From positions 96,001 through 160,000 of the forward strand of contig JBGTLG010000006.1 in assembly GCA_041744215.1 (NCBI GenBank): a DNA stretch of 64,000 nucleotides, written 5' to 3'. Source of the DNA: Fimbriimonadales bacterium. Lineage in GTDB: Bacteria; Armatimonadota; Fimbriimonadia; Fimbriimonadales; ATM1. The position numbers and the translations under genes are program-made. Each line of letters starts with the position of its first letter. Positions within the stretch are counted from its first letter, which is position 1. The notes under the pieces are model-generated. The model was given only the letters and a program-made list of their open reading frames with translations. It searched no databases and was not told where the DNA came from. Positions 17,953-28,011 of this stretch are shown here, piece by piece.

Positions 17953-18976
17953 GTTTTTCGCACGCGCAGTCATTGCTCTCGCGATACTCGGCGCCATGGC
18001 TGGCGTTTCGTATTGGATATTGATGCGCTCTCTCGCTCCCGTGTCGATAGTGGGTGAGACAAGATACCTTCGTATCGATCGCGGCGAAACGATCTCGGAT
18101 GCCCTTTCGAAAGCAGAACGTATCGGAGCGCTTCGCAGCAAAAAGGGAACGCAGCTCTATGCGAGAGTGTTCGGGGGTCGCGGAGAAGTCGCGGAAGGAA
18201 CCTACGAAATCAACACCGCAATGCGCGGGACTGACATCGCGAAAGTGCTCCTCTCCCAGAAGCCGATCAGGCAAAATGTTCTGATCCGTGAAGGGTTGTG
18301 GATGGACAGAGTCGCAACAGTTTTGGAAGAGAACAACGTTTGCGAGAAATCCGAGGCTATCGAAGCATTCCAAGATCCGGAGAGGTTTGAAGTAACCGCC
18401 GGGTTCCCATTGCCAGCAGAGAGCCTCGAAGGCTATCTTTTCCCAGATACGTACGATTTGCCGCCACTTTTTGGGCCCGAGCGCGCTGTGCGAAAGATGC
18501 TCGATGCGTTCCGAAAGAAGGTGTATGAACCCCTCCAGTCGCCCGACCCACAAAAGTTGCACGAATGGGTGATCGTCGGCTCGATGATCGAGTTAGAAGC
18601 GGAGAAAGCCGACGAGCGACCAAAAATCGCTGGCGTGATTTACAACCGACTTGAGATCGGAATGAGACTTCAGATCGATGCGACCGTCGCCTACGCTAAG
18701 GGTGTCATGGGGCGATTGTTTTTCAAGGACTACGAGATTGACCATCCTTACAACACTTACAAGATCCAGGGACTCCCGCCCGGGCCGATCTGTTCGCCAG
18801 GCGCAGCGTCCGTGATCGCTGCGGCGAACCCGGAGCAACACGAATATCTCTTCTATGTCGCTCTGCCTGATGGGTCACATCTGTTTGGAAAGACGTACGA
18901 GGAACATTTGGCAAACATCGAAGTCTCACGTCGAGCATTCGCAAGAGCGGGAGGCGGCTCTGAAAGAGGCGGTTAA
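17945..18976 (+). CDS. mltG: endolytic transglycosylase MltG
   Basis: LEGYLFPDTY, SMIELEA, LQIDAT and YNTY..GLPPGPI motifs. Confidence 0.93.
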   Translation: MHKFFARAVIALAILGAMAGVSYWILMRSLAPVSIVGETRYLRIDRGETISDALSKAERIGALRSKKGTQLYARVFGGRGEVAEGTYEINTAMRGTDIAKVLLSQKPIRQNVLIREGLWMDRVATVLEENNVCEKSEAIEAFQDPERFEVTAGFPLPAESLEGYLFPDTYDLPPLFGPERAVRKMLDAFRKKVYEPLQSPDPQKLHEWVIVGSMIELEAEKADERPKIAGVIYNRLEIGMRLQIDATVAYAKGVMGRLFFKDYEIDHPYNTYKIQGLPPGPICSPGAASVIAAANPEQHEYLFYVALPDGSHLFGKTYEEHLANIEVSRRAFARAGGGSERGG

Positions 18977-19505
18977 GTTCGACCGAAGTCGGACGTTTGC
19001 TCCATTGCGGCGATTCTGTCCTACGTATCGAGCGAACGCCATCGAGGACATTGATCCATCAGCGTTAACGAAGCTGGGCTTCCGTGCGGTACTTCTCGAC
19101 GTAGACAATACGCTGATACCGTGGAAGGGAATGAAGTTTCCAGAGAAAACGCTCGCGTGGATCGAAGCGTGCCGAAAAGAGGGAATTGCCCTTTGTATCG
19201 TGAGCAACACTCGGAACAAACCTCGACTGAAGCTCCTCAGCGAGAAGCTTGGCGTTCCGCACGCTGAGGGCCCCATGAAGCCAGGGCGTGCGGCCTTCCT
19301 CGATGCAATGCGAATCACTGGCGTACCTGCAACAGAGACGATCATGATCGGCGACCAACTGTTCACCGACGTCTGGGGCGCGAATCGACTCGGTATCGCG
19401 TCCATTTGGGTGACGCCCATGGCGAAGCGTGAGTTTTTTGGCACAAAGTTTAGTAGGCTTGCCGAGCGAATGATTGTTCGAATGCTGCGGAGCCATAGCC
19501 CATGA
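18960..19505 (+). CDS. YqeG family HAD IIIA phosphatase (start uncertain)
   Basis: LLDVDNTL, VSN, KP and IGDQLFTDVWGANRLG motifs; start may be CTG 18960 after GGAGG or a downstream TTG. Confidence 0.85.
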   Translation: MKEAVKFDRSRTFAPLRRFCPTYRANAIEDIDPSALTKLGFRAVLLDVDNTLIPWKGMKFPEKTLAWIEACRKEGIALCIVSNTRNKPRLKLLSEKLGVPHAEGPMKPGRAAFLDAMRITGVPATETIMIGDQLFTDVWGANRLGIASIWVTPMAKREFFGTKFSRLAERMIVRMLRSHSP

Positions 19506-20440
19506 ATCAGTACATCCGGCTTGCGAGGCCGAGACAATGGACAAAGAACCTCCTTGTTTTCGCTGGTCTCATCTTCACCGGGCTGTTCGTGTGCTCCGAA
19601 GCGGCGACCGCCGCGCTTTTGCTGTTCGCCGCGTTCTGTTTGGCTTCGAGCGCAGGATACGTCTGGAATGATGTTGCGGACGTCGAGGCCGACCAGCTTC
19701 ACCCCGTCAAGCGATCAAGGCCGATTGCCTCTGGCGCAGTAGCCAAAGGCGCGGCGTCGGTTTATGCGATTGGCTTGCTTATCGCAGCCTATGCAGTTGC
19801 ACTGGTGCTCGATTTCAGCGTCCTTCCGCTTGCCGAGTCGATTTATGATTCTGCAAGAACGAACCGACTGCCCCTCCTTGATTCAAACTTTCCAATTGCG
19901 ACAGTCTGCGTCTCCGCGTATCTGATCAATCAGTTCTTTTACTCGACAATTGCCAGACGCGTTGCGATCCTCGATGTATTCGTTATTGCAATCGGATTTC
20001 TCATTCGAGCAATCGCGGGCGCGGTAGTTCTTAGCGTAACGATTAGTCAATGGCTGTTTCTTTGTACGCTGTTTCTCGCGCTGTTCTTAGGATTCGCAAA
20101 GCGCAGAAACGAATTCCTCATCGCTGCGGAGTCTCGGAGCAGCCTTGGTGGTTACTCTCGAACTCTGCTCGATCACCTCATCTCGATAACAGCAGCATCA
20201 TCAGTGATTTCTTACAGTCTGTACGCGATACAGTCGTCGACAGCGCAAAGCCACCCGCTTCTTGCGCTCACAATCCCGTTCCCGGTGTTCGGAATCTTCC
20301 GTTACCTGCAGATCACTTTTCGCGACAACGACAGCGGAAGCCCCGACTTGGTGTTACTCCGGGACCCTTGGATATGGGGAACAGTGCTTGCATGGGGCGC
20401 GCTTAGTATTTTCGCGATGACACAGGGTGGGAACCGATGA
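19502..20440 (+). CDS. UbiA family decaprenyl-phosphate phosphoribosyltransferase
   Basis: RPRQWTKNLLVF, NDVADVEADQLHPVKRSRPIASG, KRRNE and GIFRYL motifs. Confidence 0.88.
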   Translation: MNQYIRLARPRQWTKNLLVFAGLIFTGLFVCSEAATAALLLFAAFCLASSAGYVWNDVADVEADQLHPVKRSRPIASGAVAKGAASVYAIGLLIAAYAVALVLDFSVLPLAESIYDSARTNRLPLLDSNFPIATVCVSAYLINQFFYSTIARRVAILDVFVIAIGFLIRAIAGAVVLSVTISQWLFLCTLFLALFLGFAKRRNEFLIAAESRSSLGGYSRTLLDHLISITAASSVISYSLYAIQSSTAQSHPLLALTIPFPVFGIFRYLQITFRDNDSGSPDLVLLRDPWIWGTVLAWGALSIFAMTQGGNR

Positions 20441-20958
20441 CCTCAAAACTTGAGAAAATCAAGACCCACAAGACTGCGCGACAGTTTGTCAAGTTCGGAA
20501 TCGTTGGAGTCAGCAGCACTGCAATCGACTGGGGAGTGCACGCAGTGCTCTACAAAGGCTTCGGTGGTGCACTGGAACATAGTGTCAACGTGTGGCTGCA
20601 TGGCGTAATGCCCGCGTTGTATCAAAGCAGCCCGGACTTTGACGGCGCGTTTACGCTCTTTAAGGCTGTTTCATTCGGTATCGCAACTCTGAATGGCTTC
20701 TACTGGAATCGAAGATGGACTTGGCGTATAAAAGGAAAGGAGCAGCGCGGCTCTCAACTCGCGAGGTTCTTCGCGGTGAACATTATTGGGCTCCTGATTA
20801 ACACGCTCGTCGCGAGTCAGATTCACAAGCCGGACGGAGACACAGCGAACTACATTCTCGCACTCGCAGCAGCAACATTCATTACGATGTTTTGGAACTT
20901 CTCAGGGCATAAGTTTTGGACGTTCCGCCAAAAACCTGACCCCACGAGTGAACCGTAG
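20437..20958 (+). CDS. GtrA family flippase-like protein
   Basis: QFVKFGIVG, NRRWTW and WNF..KFWTF motifs. Confidence 0.85.
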   Translation: MTSKLEKIKTHKTARQFVKFGIVGVSSTAIDWGVHAVLYKGFGGALEHSVNVWLHGVMPALYQSSPDFDGAFTLFKAVSFGIATLNGFYWNRRWTWRIKGKEQRGSQLARFFAVNIIGLLINTLVASQIHKPDGDTANYILALAAATFITMFWNFSGHKFWTFRQKPDPTSEP

Positions 20959-21741
20959 ATGCTCAGACTCGCACTCTTAGGTGACCCAGTATCACACTCC
21001 CTCTCACCCGCAATGCACATGGCGGCGATGCGCGCCATGGGAATCGATGGAGACTACATCGCGATGAGCGTTTCAGCTGACGAATTCGAGGAGAAACTTC
21101 ATGAGCTTCGGCAACAGGAGTTTGCCGGGGCAAACGTCACTATTCCACACAAGGCCCTCGCGCGTCGCCTTGCTGCAAAGGCTGATGACGCGTCGCGAGT
21201 ACTCGGTGTCGCCAACACGCTTCGGTTCGGGCCGGCGATTGCGTGCAAGAACACCGACGCTCCCGGATTTCTCGAGGCGTTGGGGGAAGAGGAGCCAGGA
21301 GTTGCGCTGATCATCGGGGCAGGAGGATCGGCTCGCGCGGCTATCTGGGCACTATCGAATGCGGGCTGGAAGGTGAAGGTCTGGTCAAGAACTTACGCGA
21401 ACTCCCTGGCGGCGTGCGCTTGGAAGAATGTCAGCGCAACTCCTTTCCCAAATCCTGCCGGTTGCGGCCTGGTTGTCAATGCGACTCCGCTCGGCCTCAA
21501 TCCTGGCGAACTTCCTCCCGGCGAATGGCGCAACCTGCAACCTGGCTGTGTTGTCTTCGACCTGGCGTACCGCAGCGAACCGACGGATCTGCTGAAGCTC
21601 GCAGAAAGTCTCGGCGCACGGACTGTTGATGGCCGTGAGATGCTAGTGGCCCAAGGCGCGCTGAGTCTGGGTTGGTGGTCAGAGCGGCGCGTCCCGAAGA
21701 ACGCGATGCGTGTCGCCGTGGGCCTGCCTCCGAAGGAATAA
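20959..21741 (+). CDS. aroE: shikimate dehydrogenase
   Basis: HSLSP, NVTIPHK, NTD, GAGGSARA, NATPLG and MLVAQG motifs. Confidence 0.92.
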   Translation: MLRLALLGDPVSHSLSPAMHMAAMRAMGIDGDYIAMSVSADEFEEKLHELRQQEFAGANVTIPHKALARRLAAKADDASRVLGVANTLRFGPAIACKNTDAPGFLEALGEEEPGVALIIGAGGSARAAIWALSNAGWKVKVWSRTYANSLAACAWKNVSATPFPNPAGCGLVVNATPLGLNPGELPPGEWRNLQPGCVVFDLAYRSEPTDLLKLAESLGARTVDGREMLVAQGALSLGWWSERRVPKNAMRVAVGLPPKE

Positions 21742-21767
21742 GCCGAGCGAGCGTCGAAACGATTGGG

Positions 21768-24700
21768 ATGCGATCTCATCGATGGGTGGCGCTTGTTGCC
21801 GCGCTTGCCTTGCCCGTATTCGCCCTCGCCCAGACTTTTCAGCGCCCCGATGCTTACCTGTTGAAGGGCGCCCGCGTCGTAGTGTCCCCTGAGAGGACGC
21901 TAGAAAACACGGACGTCCTCCTGATGAACGGTGTGATCGCAGAGGTCGGAACAGGTCTCACTGCGCCCCCTAACGTCGAAGTTATGGACTGCGCGGGGCT
22001 CACGATCTATCCTGGTCTAGTTCACCCGCTCCTAAGGGTCGCCGTTGAGGGAATCGGCGCAAACCAAGCCGACAAGACCCCTGAAGACGCCATCGAACGA
22101 TGGAAGAATCTGCTCTCACGCCATTCAATCTCGAGTGTGAGAGCAGAACATTCCACATTTGGCGCGCTCGCGACGAGCGGCTACGCGGTCATTCACGCAT
22201 ACAGCCAAGGCGGGCTGCTCGGCGCAAAGTCATCCGTCTTCAGCACTTCAAGCGGGAAGATCGAACCAGCGACACTCATCAAGAGCGATCTCGCGGTTCC
22301 GGTCGCATTCAGCGGAGCCGGATTCGGCGGCTATCCCGGTTCGACGATGGGCGGAATCGCCTTCGTGCGGCAAACGCTGCTCGACGGCGGTCGCCACGGT
22401 CGCCTCATGCGATCATTCGAGGCTGACCCGACAGGTCGCCCAAGGCAATCATTCGACGCGGATCTTGATGCCGTCAACAGGGTCGTGCGCGGTGAGATGT
22501 GGGCGGCATTCGATGACCTAACCGAGCTATCTGGATTGCAAGCGCTCAAGATTGTTCGCGAGTTTAACTTGAAGCCGATCATGGCTTTCCGGCGGGATGC
22601 TGGCTACCTAAAAGACGTTCTGAAGGAGCTTCGTGCATACACGATCATTAAGGACGGACTGCCAAGCCGACCAAACCTAAACACAGATAGCGGGAATCTG
22701 CTCGCAAACCTGAGGGCGTACTTTAACGAGCACCAGGTCGGTGCTGAACTTGAAGCCGAAGGAATCGAGTTTCTCTATGCGCCAACCTCTGGCACGTCTC
22801 CAATTGAAGGATTGCGCCAGATGGTCCGCGCGGGATTAAGCAAAACCGCTGCCCTTGCGAGTGCAACAACTCGGCCCGCTAAGATGCTCGGCCTCGAGCG
22901 AATTGCAGGAACTGTTGAGAAAGGCAAAATTGGAAGCGTCCTTCTCGTGCGAGGAGATCTGCTCGAAACTTCCTCTGAGATAGTCGCAGTGTTTCACGAG
23001 GGAAAGCGCTCTGTCCATCGACCAGCAACGACGAAGGAGTTGGTCGCCGATGCACCGCTCCCAATGTTGCCACCAAACTACGAGGTGTATCCACGACCCG
23101 CGGAAACCGAGTCTGCATTCAGGCTGTTCCGGAACGCAACGATTTGGACGATGGATCGTCAGGGCACACTTAAGAACGCGGACATCTTGATTCGTAACGG
23201 AAAGATCGTGCAAATCGGAAAACGGCTTAATACGCCGCCTGGCTGTGAAGTCATTGATGCGACAGGCAAACACATCTCGCCAGGAGTTTGGGACTGTCAC
23301 AGTCATACCGCGATCACCGGCGGTGTCAACGAAGGCTCCAATCGCGTAACGATTGAGTGTCGCATCGCGGATGTCATCAACCACCGGGATGTAAACATCT
23401 ATAGGCAACTCGCCGGAGGGACAATCGGCGCGCTCCAATTGCACGGTTCTGCGAATCCAATTGGTGGCCAATCCGCGACAAGCAAATGGAGATGGGGGCA
23501 GCGCCCGGACGCCTTTTTGGTACAGGGTGCGCCGGAGGGAGTCAAGTTTGCCTTAGGCGAGAATCCATGCCGAGAAGACCAGCCGACAGGCGGGCGAGGA
23601 CAAGATCCCGCCGCCGCGCAAATCGTCAACTTGGCGAATGAGCGACCTCGCACGCGAATGGGTGTTGAAGCGAACTATCGCGAAGCATTCGACCAAGCAA
23701 AAAACTACATCAGCGAGTGGGAAGGTTATCGAGCAGGTCGCACGAAAATCGAGCCGCGCCGTGATCTGCGCTTGGAAGCTATCGCGGAATTGCTCAATCG
23801 GCAACGCTGGGTGCACAGTCACGGCTACAGGCAAGACGAAATGCTGACGCTCATCCGCGTATGTCAGCAATACGGAGTTCGCCTTCAAACGCTCCAGCAT
23901 GTACTTGAAGGATTTAAGATCGCCGACGAAATGGCCGCGGCTGGAGTGGGTGGCTCAACGTTTGCGGACTGGTGGGGCTATAAACTCGAAGCCTATGATG
24001 CAATTCCTCACAACATGGCGTTGATGTTCGATCGAGGAGTGACTGTGAGCGTTAACAGCGACAGTAACGAGCACGCGCGACGACTGACACACGAAGCGGC
24101 AAAGGCAATTCGCTACGGTGGCGTTTCGCCAGAAGTTGCGCTCAGCTTCTGTACGATTGGGCCCGCGAAGCAACTCGGCATTGACAAAACCACAGGATCG
24201 CTTGTGCCTGGGAAAGACGCTGATCTCGTCGTGTGGTCGGCGGATCCACTCAGCATTTACGCGAAGGCTGAGCAAACCTACGTAGACGGAGTCAAGCTCT
24301 ACGACATCGACGACGACATCCGTCAACGCTTTGAGCGCGACCAATTCATCGAATTGGCGCGTGAAAAATTTGCGGACCCAGCGCCGAGCCCCGCCCCCGA
24401 ATCACTCGCCACTTCCAAGCCGCCGCGCATGCCAGCGGTTACAGGAATGCCTGGGAACGCGAAGTATCCGCGAAAGCCTCTGTTGATAACGGGAGCGACG
24501 GTACACCCGATGACTGGCGATCCCTTCGTCGGCGACGTTCTAGTGGGCTCCGACGGAATCATTGCTGCAACAGGGCGCGTTTCCGCACCGAGGGACGCTG
24601 TCCGCGTCGACGGCCGCGGAAAGCACGTTTACCCCGGCATGATCGAGTCTTACTCGCAGATTGGACTCGTCGAGATCCCGCGCATTCCGGTTAGCGTCGA

Positions 24701-25649
24701 TTCCAGCGAGCGCGGGGATTTCAATCCAGACTTGCGTCCCGAGCGCGCCATCAATCCCGAAAGCGAAATCATCGGCGTCGCCCGGGCGGGCGGCATTCTG
24801 ACCGCCCTCACTCGCCCCAGTGGCGGCGTGATTCCGGGTCAAGCGGCTCTGCTAAGCCTCGACGGCTATACCTGGGAGGATATGACGATTCAGGGTGGCT
24901 TCACCATGGTTCTCGAAGTCGGCGGAGGCGCAACCGCTGGCGCAGGCGTCGCCGAGTCGCGGCTGAGGCAACTCGACGGATTCCTCGCAGAGGCGCGCGC
25001 CTACGCGAAAGCGAAAGAGGCGTCTGCCTCTGGGCAGGGCCCGGTCATTCTGTTCGACCGTCGGCTCGACGCTTTGCAAAAGCTGGCTAACGGCGAGATG
25101 CCGCTGATTCTTGCCGCGGACTCAGGGGCGGTCATACGCACCGTTGTCGAGTGGAGCGAGAAGACTGGGGTGCCGGTGACGATCGTTGGCGGTAGGGACG
25201 CGCTGTCCGTCGCAGATTTGCTCGCCGCCAAAGATGTCCCGGTGATCCTCACGCCTATCTTCGGTGTGCCTTCCGGTCCCGAGCGTCCGCACGACGATGT
25301 GGAGTCTCTCCCGGCACGTCTGATCGAAAAGGGTGTTCGAATCGCGCTTTGCGCGAACAGTGAGCATAACGCTCGGCAGCTCAAAGATATCGCCGGCTAC
25401 GCCGTGCGTGGCGGGCTTGACCGCGAGGACGGAGTCCGAGCAATAACTCTCTGGCCAGCACAGATACTCGGCCTTGGGCACAGGCTGGGGTCGATTGAGC
25501 CTGGGAAGGAAGGCACGTTGCTGCTCACCGACGGCGACCTCCTCGAAACTCGGACGCGAATCCTCGGCGCTTGGATCATGGGAAGGGAATGCAACATGAC
25601 GAACCGCCAGACGATCCTCTGGGACAAGTACCGGACTCGCCCCCGATAG
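21768..25649 (+). CDS. secreted amidohydrolase with three tandem amidohydrolase domains
   Basis: Signal peptide and three beta-sandwich/TIM repeats; only the middle one has DCHSH. Confidence 0.82.
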   Translation: MRSHRWVALVAALALPVFALAQTFQRPDAYLLKGARVVVSPERTLENTDVLLMNGVIAEVGTGLTAPPNVEVMDCAGLTIYPGLVHPLLRVAVEGIGANQADKTPEDAIERWKNLLSRHSISSVRAEHSTFGALATSGYAVIHAYSQGGLLGAKSSVFSTSSGKIEPATLIKSDLAVPVAFSGAGFGGYPGSTMGGIAFVRQTLLDGGRHGRLMRSFEADPTGRPRQSFDADLDAVNRVVRGEMWAAFDDLTELSGLQALKIVREFNLKPIMAFRRDAGYLKDVLKELRAYTIIKDGLPSRPNLNTDSGNLLANLRAYFNEHQVGAELEAEGIEFLYAPTSGTSPIEGLRQMVRAGLSKTAALASATTRPAKMLGLERIAGTVEKGKIGSVLLVRGDLLETSSEIVAVFHEGKRSVHRPATTKELVADAPLPMLPPNYEVYPRPAETESAFRLFRNATIWTMDRQGTLKNADILIRNGKIVQIGKRLNTPPGCEVIDATGKHISPGVWDCHSHTAITGGVNEGSNRVTIECRIADVINHRDVNIYRQLAGGTIGALQLHGSANPIGGQSATSKWRWGQRPDAFLVQGAPEGVKFALGENPCREDQPTGGRGQDPAAAQIVNLANERPRTRMGVEANYREAFDQAKNYISEWEGYRAGRTKIEPRRDLRLEAIAELLNRQRWVHSHGYRQDEMLTLIRVCQQYGVRLQTLQHVLEGFKIADEMAAAGVGGSTFADWWGYKLEAYDAIPHNMALMFDRGVTVSVNSDSNEHARRLTHEAAKAIRYGGVSPEVALSFCTIGPAKQLGIDKTTGSLVPGKDADLVVWSADPLSIYAKAEQTYVDGVKLYDIDDDIRQRFERDQFIELAREKFADPAPSPAPESLATSKPPRMPAVTGMPGNAKYPRKPLLITGATVHPMTGDPFVGDVLVGSDGIIAATGRVSAPRDAVRVDGRGKHVYPGMIESYSQIGLVEIPRIPVSVDSSERGDFNPDLRPERAINPESEIIGVARAGGILTALTRPSGGVIPGQAALLSLDGYTWEDMTIQGGFTMVLEVGGGATAGAGVAESRLRQLDGFLAEARAYAKAKEASASGQGPVILFDRRLDALQKLANGEMPLILAADSGAVIRTVVEWSEKTGVPVTIVGGRDALSVADLLAAKDVPVILTPIFGVPSGPERPHDDVESLPARLIEKGVRIALCANSEHNARQLKDIAGYAVRGGLDREDGVRAITLWPAQILGLGHRLGSIEPGKEGTLLLTDGDLLETRTRILGAWIMGRECNMTNRQTILWDKYRTRPR

Positions 25650-25652
25650 AGT

Positions 25653-26129
25653 TCAGCGGCAGTGTTCGCAGGTGCCGAGCACCTCGACGCGGGTCTCCTC
25701 GCTCAGGAAGCCCATCCGCGAGGCCGCAACTCCGATCTCCGAGAGGGCGCTACTCGGGATCGGCAGTTCTTCGACGCAGCCGCATTTCTGGCAAATCAGG
25801 TGTTCCGTCCCATGTGCGCCCGAATGATGGCCGCTACAGGCCAGGTAGCCGTCAAGAGAGCCGATGTGATGGGCGAGACCAGCCTCTACGAGCGCCGCCA
25901 GGATCCTGTAAACACTTACAACGTCCACTCGGCCCCCGTCGCCCTTGACCTTATCGCGAATCTGATAGGCTCCCAATGGCCTCCTGGAGGCCGCCAACGC
26001 GCGCACAACCGCCTTGCGTGGGCCGGTTATACGCATCCCAAGCGACTTCAAGCGAGCGACCGCGACCCGCTCAAAGCGGTCGATCTCGGCTTCGGTAACG
26101 GCGTTGCAGGTGGTCGTAGGGGAGTCCAT
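25653..26129 (-). CDS. Fur family regulator (Zur-like)
   Basis: RITGPRKAV, SVYRIL, HLICQKCG and GTCEHC motifs. Confidence 0.88.
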   Translation of the reverse strand: MDSPTTTCNAVTEAEIDRFERVAVARLKSLGMRITGPRKAVVRALAASRRPLGAYQIRDKVKGDGGRVDVVSVYRILAALVEAGLAHHIGSLDGYLACSGHHSGAHGTEHLICQKCGCVEELPIPSSALSEIGVAASRMGFLSEETRVEVLGTCEHCR

Positions 26130-26354
26130 TGAGTAAGCCTCAGGCCAATTATGCCCGGTCAATCCCCCTGAAATTGTGCACTCCAGAGAGCCTGTCGCCA
26201 ACACTTTTGGCATGAAACGCACGTCTCCTCCTAATAGCCGAGTTCAAACAAGTTCAAAAAAACCACCACATTCGTGGGGATTCGGTGATAGACTAAGCTT
26301 GAACCTGTCCGATCAGCCGGGACAACCGGGTGAAGGACGCAGGGAGGAAAATCG

Positions 26355-26552
26355 ATGGAATTCTACAACGTAAGGACCAAGTCAAAGGTGGACGTGCCTG
26401 ACAGCGCGATGACCAAGAAGCGGATGATTCGGAAAACAAAGAACGGGACCCAAACCCGATACGCGCTGATAGCGGACTATGAGGGCAGCAAACTCTACAA
26501 GTTCGTCAACGAAGCCACGTTCAACTCCGCCAACGTCAAAGAGGTCTCGTAA
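26355..26552 (+). CDS. small basic protein, DUF5679/CC1-like without cysteines
   Basis: Strong SD AGGGAGG, extended -10 TGATAGACT and Lys/Arg-rich beta pattern. Confidence 0.75.
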   Translation: MEFYNVRTKSKVDVPDSAMTKKRMIRKTKNGTQTRYALIADYEGSKLYKFVNEATFNSANVKEVS

Positions 26553-26616
26553 CAGGGCCGATTCGCTGAGACGGGAAGCGCCGTCGGCTCCTTGCCGATC
26601 GCGCTTCCGTCTTGAG

Positions 26617-26784
26617 CTATATTGTCTTCTTGGTGTCCCTAATGTCCGGGACTTCGCCGGTATCCGGCCCTTGCGCGTCACCCGCGAAGTACCAAGCGGC
26701 AGCTAATCCCGCGATCAAGAGCGCCACCGCGAGACCAATCAGCTGAGGAGTCAGTTCGAACTTGGGCTTCGACTTCTTTGCCAC
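26617..26784 (-). CDS. 55-aa single-pass membrane protein (not in ORF track)
   Basis: GTG 26784: MAKKSKPKFELTPQLIGLAVALLIAGLAAAWYFAGDAQGPDTGEVPDIRDTKKTI*; TAAGCT 7 nt upstream. Confidence 0.65.
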   Translation of the reverse strand: MAKKSKPKFELTPQLIGLAVALLIAGLAAAWYFAGDAQGPDTGEVPDIRDTKKTI

Positions 26785-26832
26785 GAACGGTAGCTTACCC
26801 TCGGAAGTTACTGAGCCCTGAGCCGGCCGCCC

Positions 26833-28011
26833 CTACGCAGCGGATCGGAGTGTTGGCGGTAGGAGGTCGGGGGTAAGCGTCGTCATAGACTTCGTTGCCA
26901 GCACGACTGCGCGCTCAATCACGTTCTCCAGCTCCCGGACATTTCCTGGCCACCGGTGAGCTTGCAGCATTTTTAAAGCGCTTTCGTCGAGGTCGATCAA
27001 GCTGCTGCCGTTCGCCTCAGCGAATCGCGCCAAGAACAGCCTTGCCAGCGGCTCAATGTCCTCTGTTCGCTCTCTCAGTGGAGGCAGCTCAAGGCGGATG
27101 ACTTCGAGCCGATACAGAAGGTCCTGGCGGAATCGTCCCTCGTCGACCGCTCGAGCCAGGTCGCGGTTTGTTGCTGCGATCAAGCGCACATCAACCTTGG
27201 TCGGCGTGGTTGCGCCGAGCCTCTCAAACTCGCGCTCCTGGAGAACCCGCAGTAGCTTGACCTGGAGGGCTGGCGGCAACTCTCCAATCTCGTCGAGGAA
27301 CAGGGTGCCGCCGTCCGCTGCCTCGAAACGGCCCATGCGAGCGGAGTCCGCGCCAGTAAATGCGCCCTTCTCGTGTCCAAACAGCTCGCTCTCAAGCAAT
27401 GTCTCGGGAATAGCAGCGCAGTTGATCGCAACGAACGGAGCCGTAGCTCGGCCACTCAGCCGATGAACGGATTTCGCAACCACTTCTTTGCCCGTTCCAC
27501 TCTCACCAGTGATCAAAACGGACGCTCGCGAATCCGCTACTTTCTGTACGAAGTCGTACACTTCCGCCATCTTTTCTGATGCGTATACAACCCCGTCTAA
27601 TGCGGACTTTGAGGGTGACTTTGCCGGCTTGGCCTTGTCGGCCGACGCCTTGAGCCAAAAGCCGACGACCTTCTTTAGATGCTCCAAGTCGAATGGCTTC
27701 GTGATGTAATCTGCCGCACCGAGCCGCATGGCCTCTACTGCCTGTGGGATCGTGCCGAACGCCGTCATGATGAGGACGGGCGTGCTCGGGCTCGATTCTT
27801 TGATCTTTTCAAGCAGATCCACTCCCGAAATCCCTGGCATAAACACATCGGTGAGCACGACGTCGAAAGCGTCGCTGGAGAACTTCTCGAGTGCCTGCTC
27901 ACCCGAGTCGGCCGTGGCGGTGAACACTCCCGCTCGATCGAAAGCGGCCTGCAGGATCTTCCGAATGTTCGGCTCGTCGTCGACGATGAGAATTCGTGCT
28001 TTCCGTTTCAT
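26833..28011 (-). CDS. sigma54-dependent response regulator (REC-AAA+) lacking C-terminal HTH
   Basis: REC domain, [21 protein letters not shown] and [10 protein letters not shown]; ends about 30 aa later. Confidence 0.92.
   Translation of the reverse strand: MKRKARILIVDDEPNIRKILQAAFDRAGVFTATADSGEQALEKFSSDAFDVVLTDVFMPGISGVDLLEKIKESSPSTPVLIMTAFGTIPQAVEAMRLGAADYITKPFDLEHLKKVVGFWLKASADKAKPAKSPSKSALDGVVYASEKMAEVYDFVQKVADSRASVLITGESGTGKEVVAKSVHRLSGRATAPFVAINCAAIPETLLESELFGHEKGAFTGADSARMGRFEAADGGTLFLDEIGELPPALQVKLLRVLQEREFERLGATTPTKVDVRLIAATNRDLARAVDEGRFRQDLLYRLEVIRLELPPLRERTEDIEPLARLFLARFAEANGSSLIDLDESALKMLQAHRWPGNVRELENVIERAVVLATKSMTTLTPDLLPPTLRSAA

Noticed and set aside
26242-26255. Alphaproteobacterial LexA box GTTC-N7-GTTC
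   Set aside because: Spacing is N6 and the lineage does not fit; kept only as an unassigned direct repeat.
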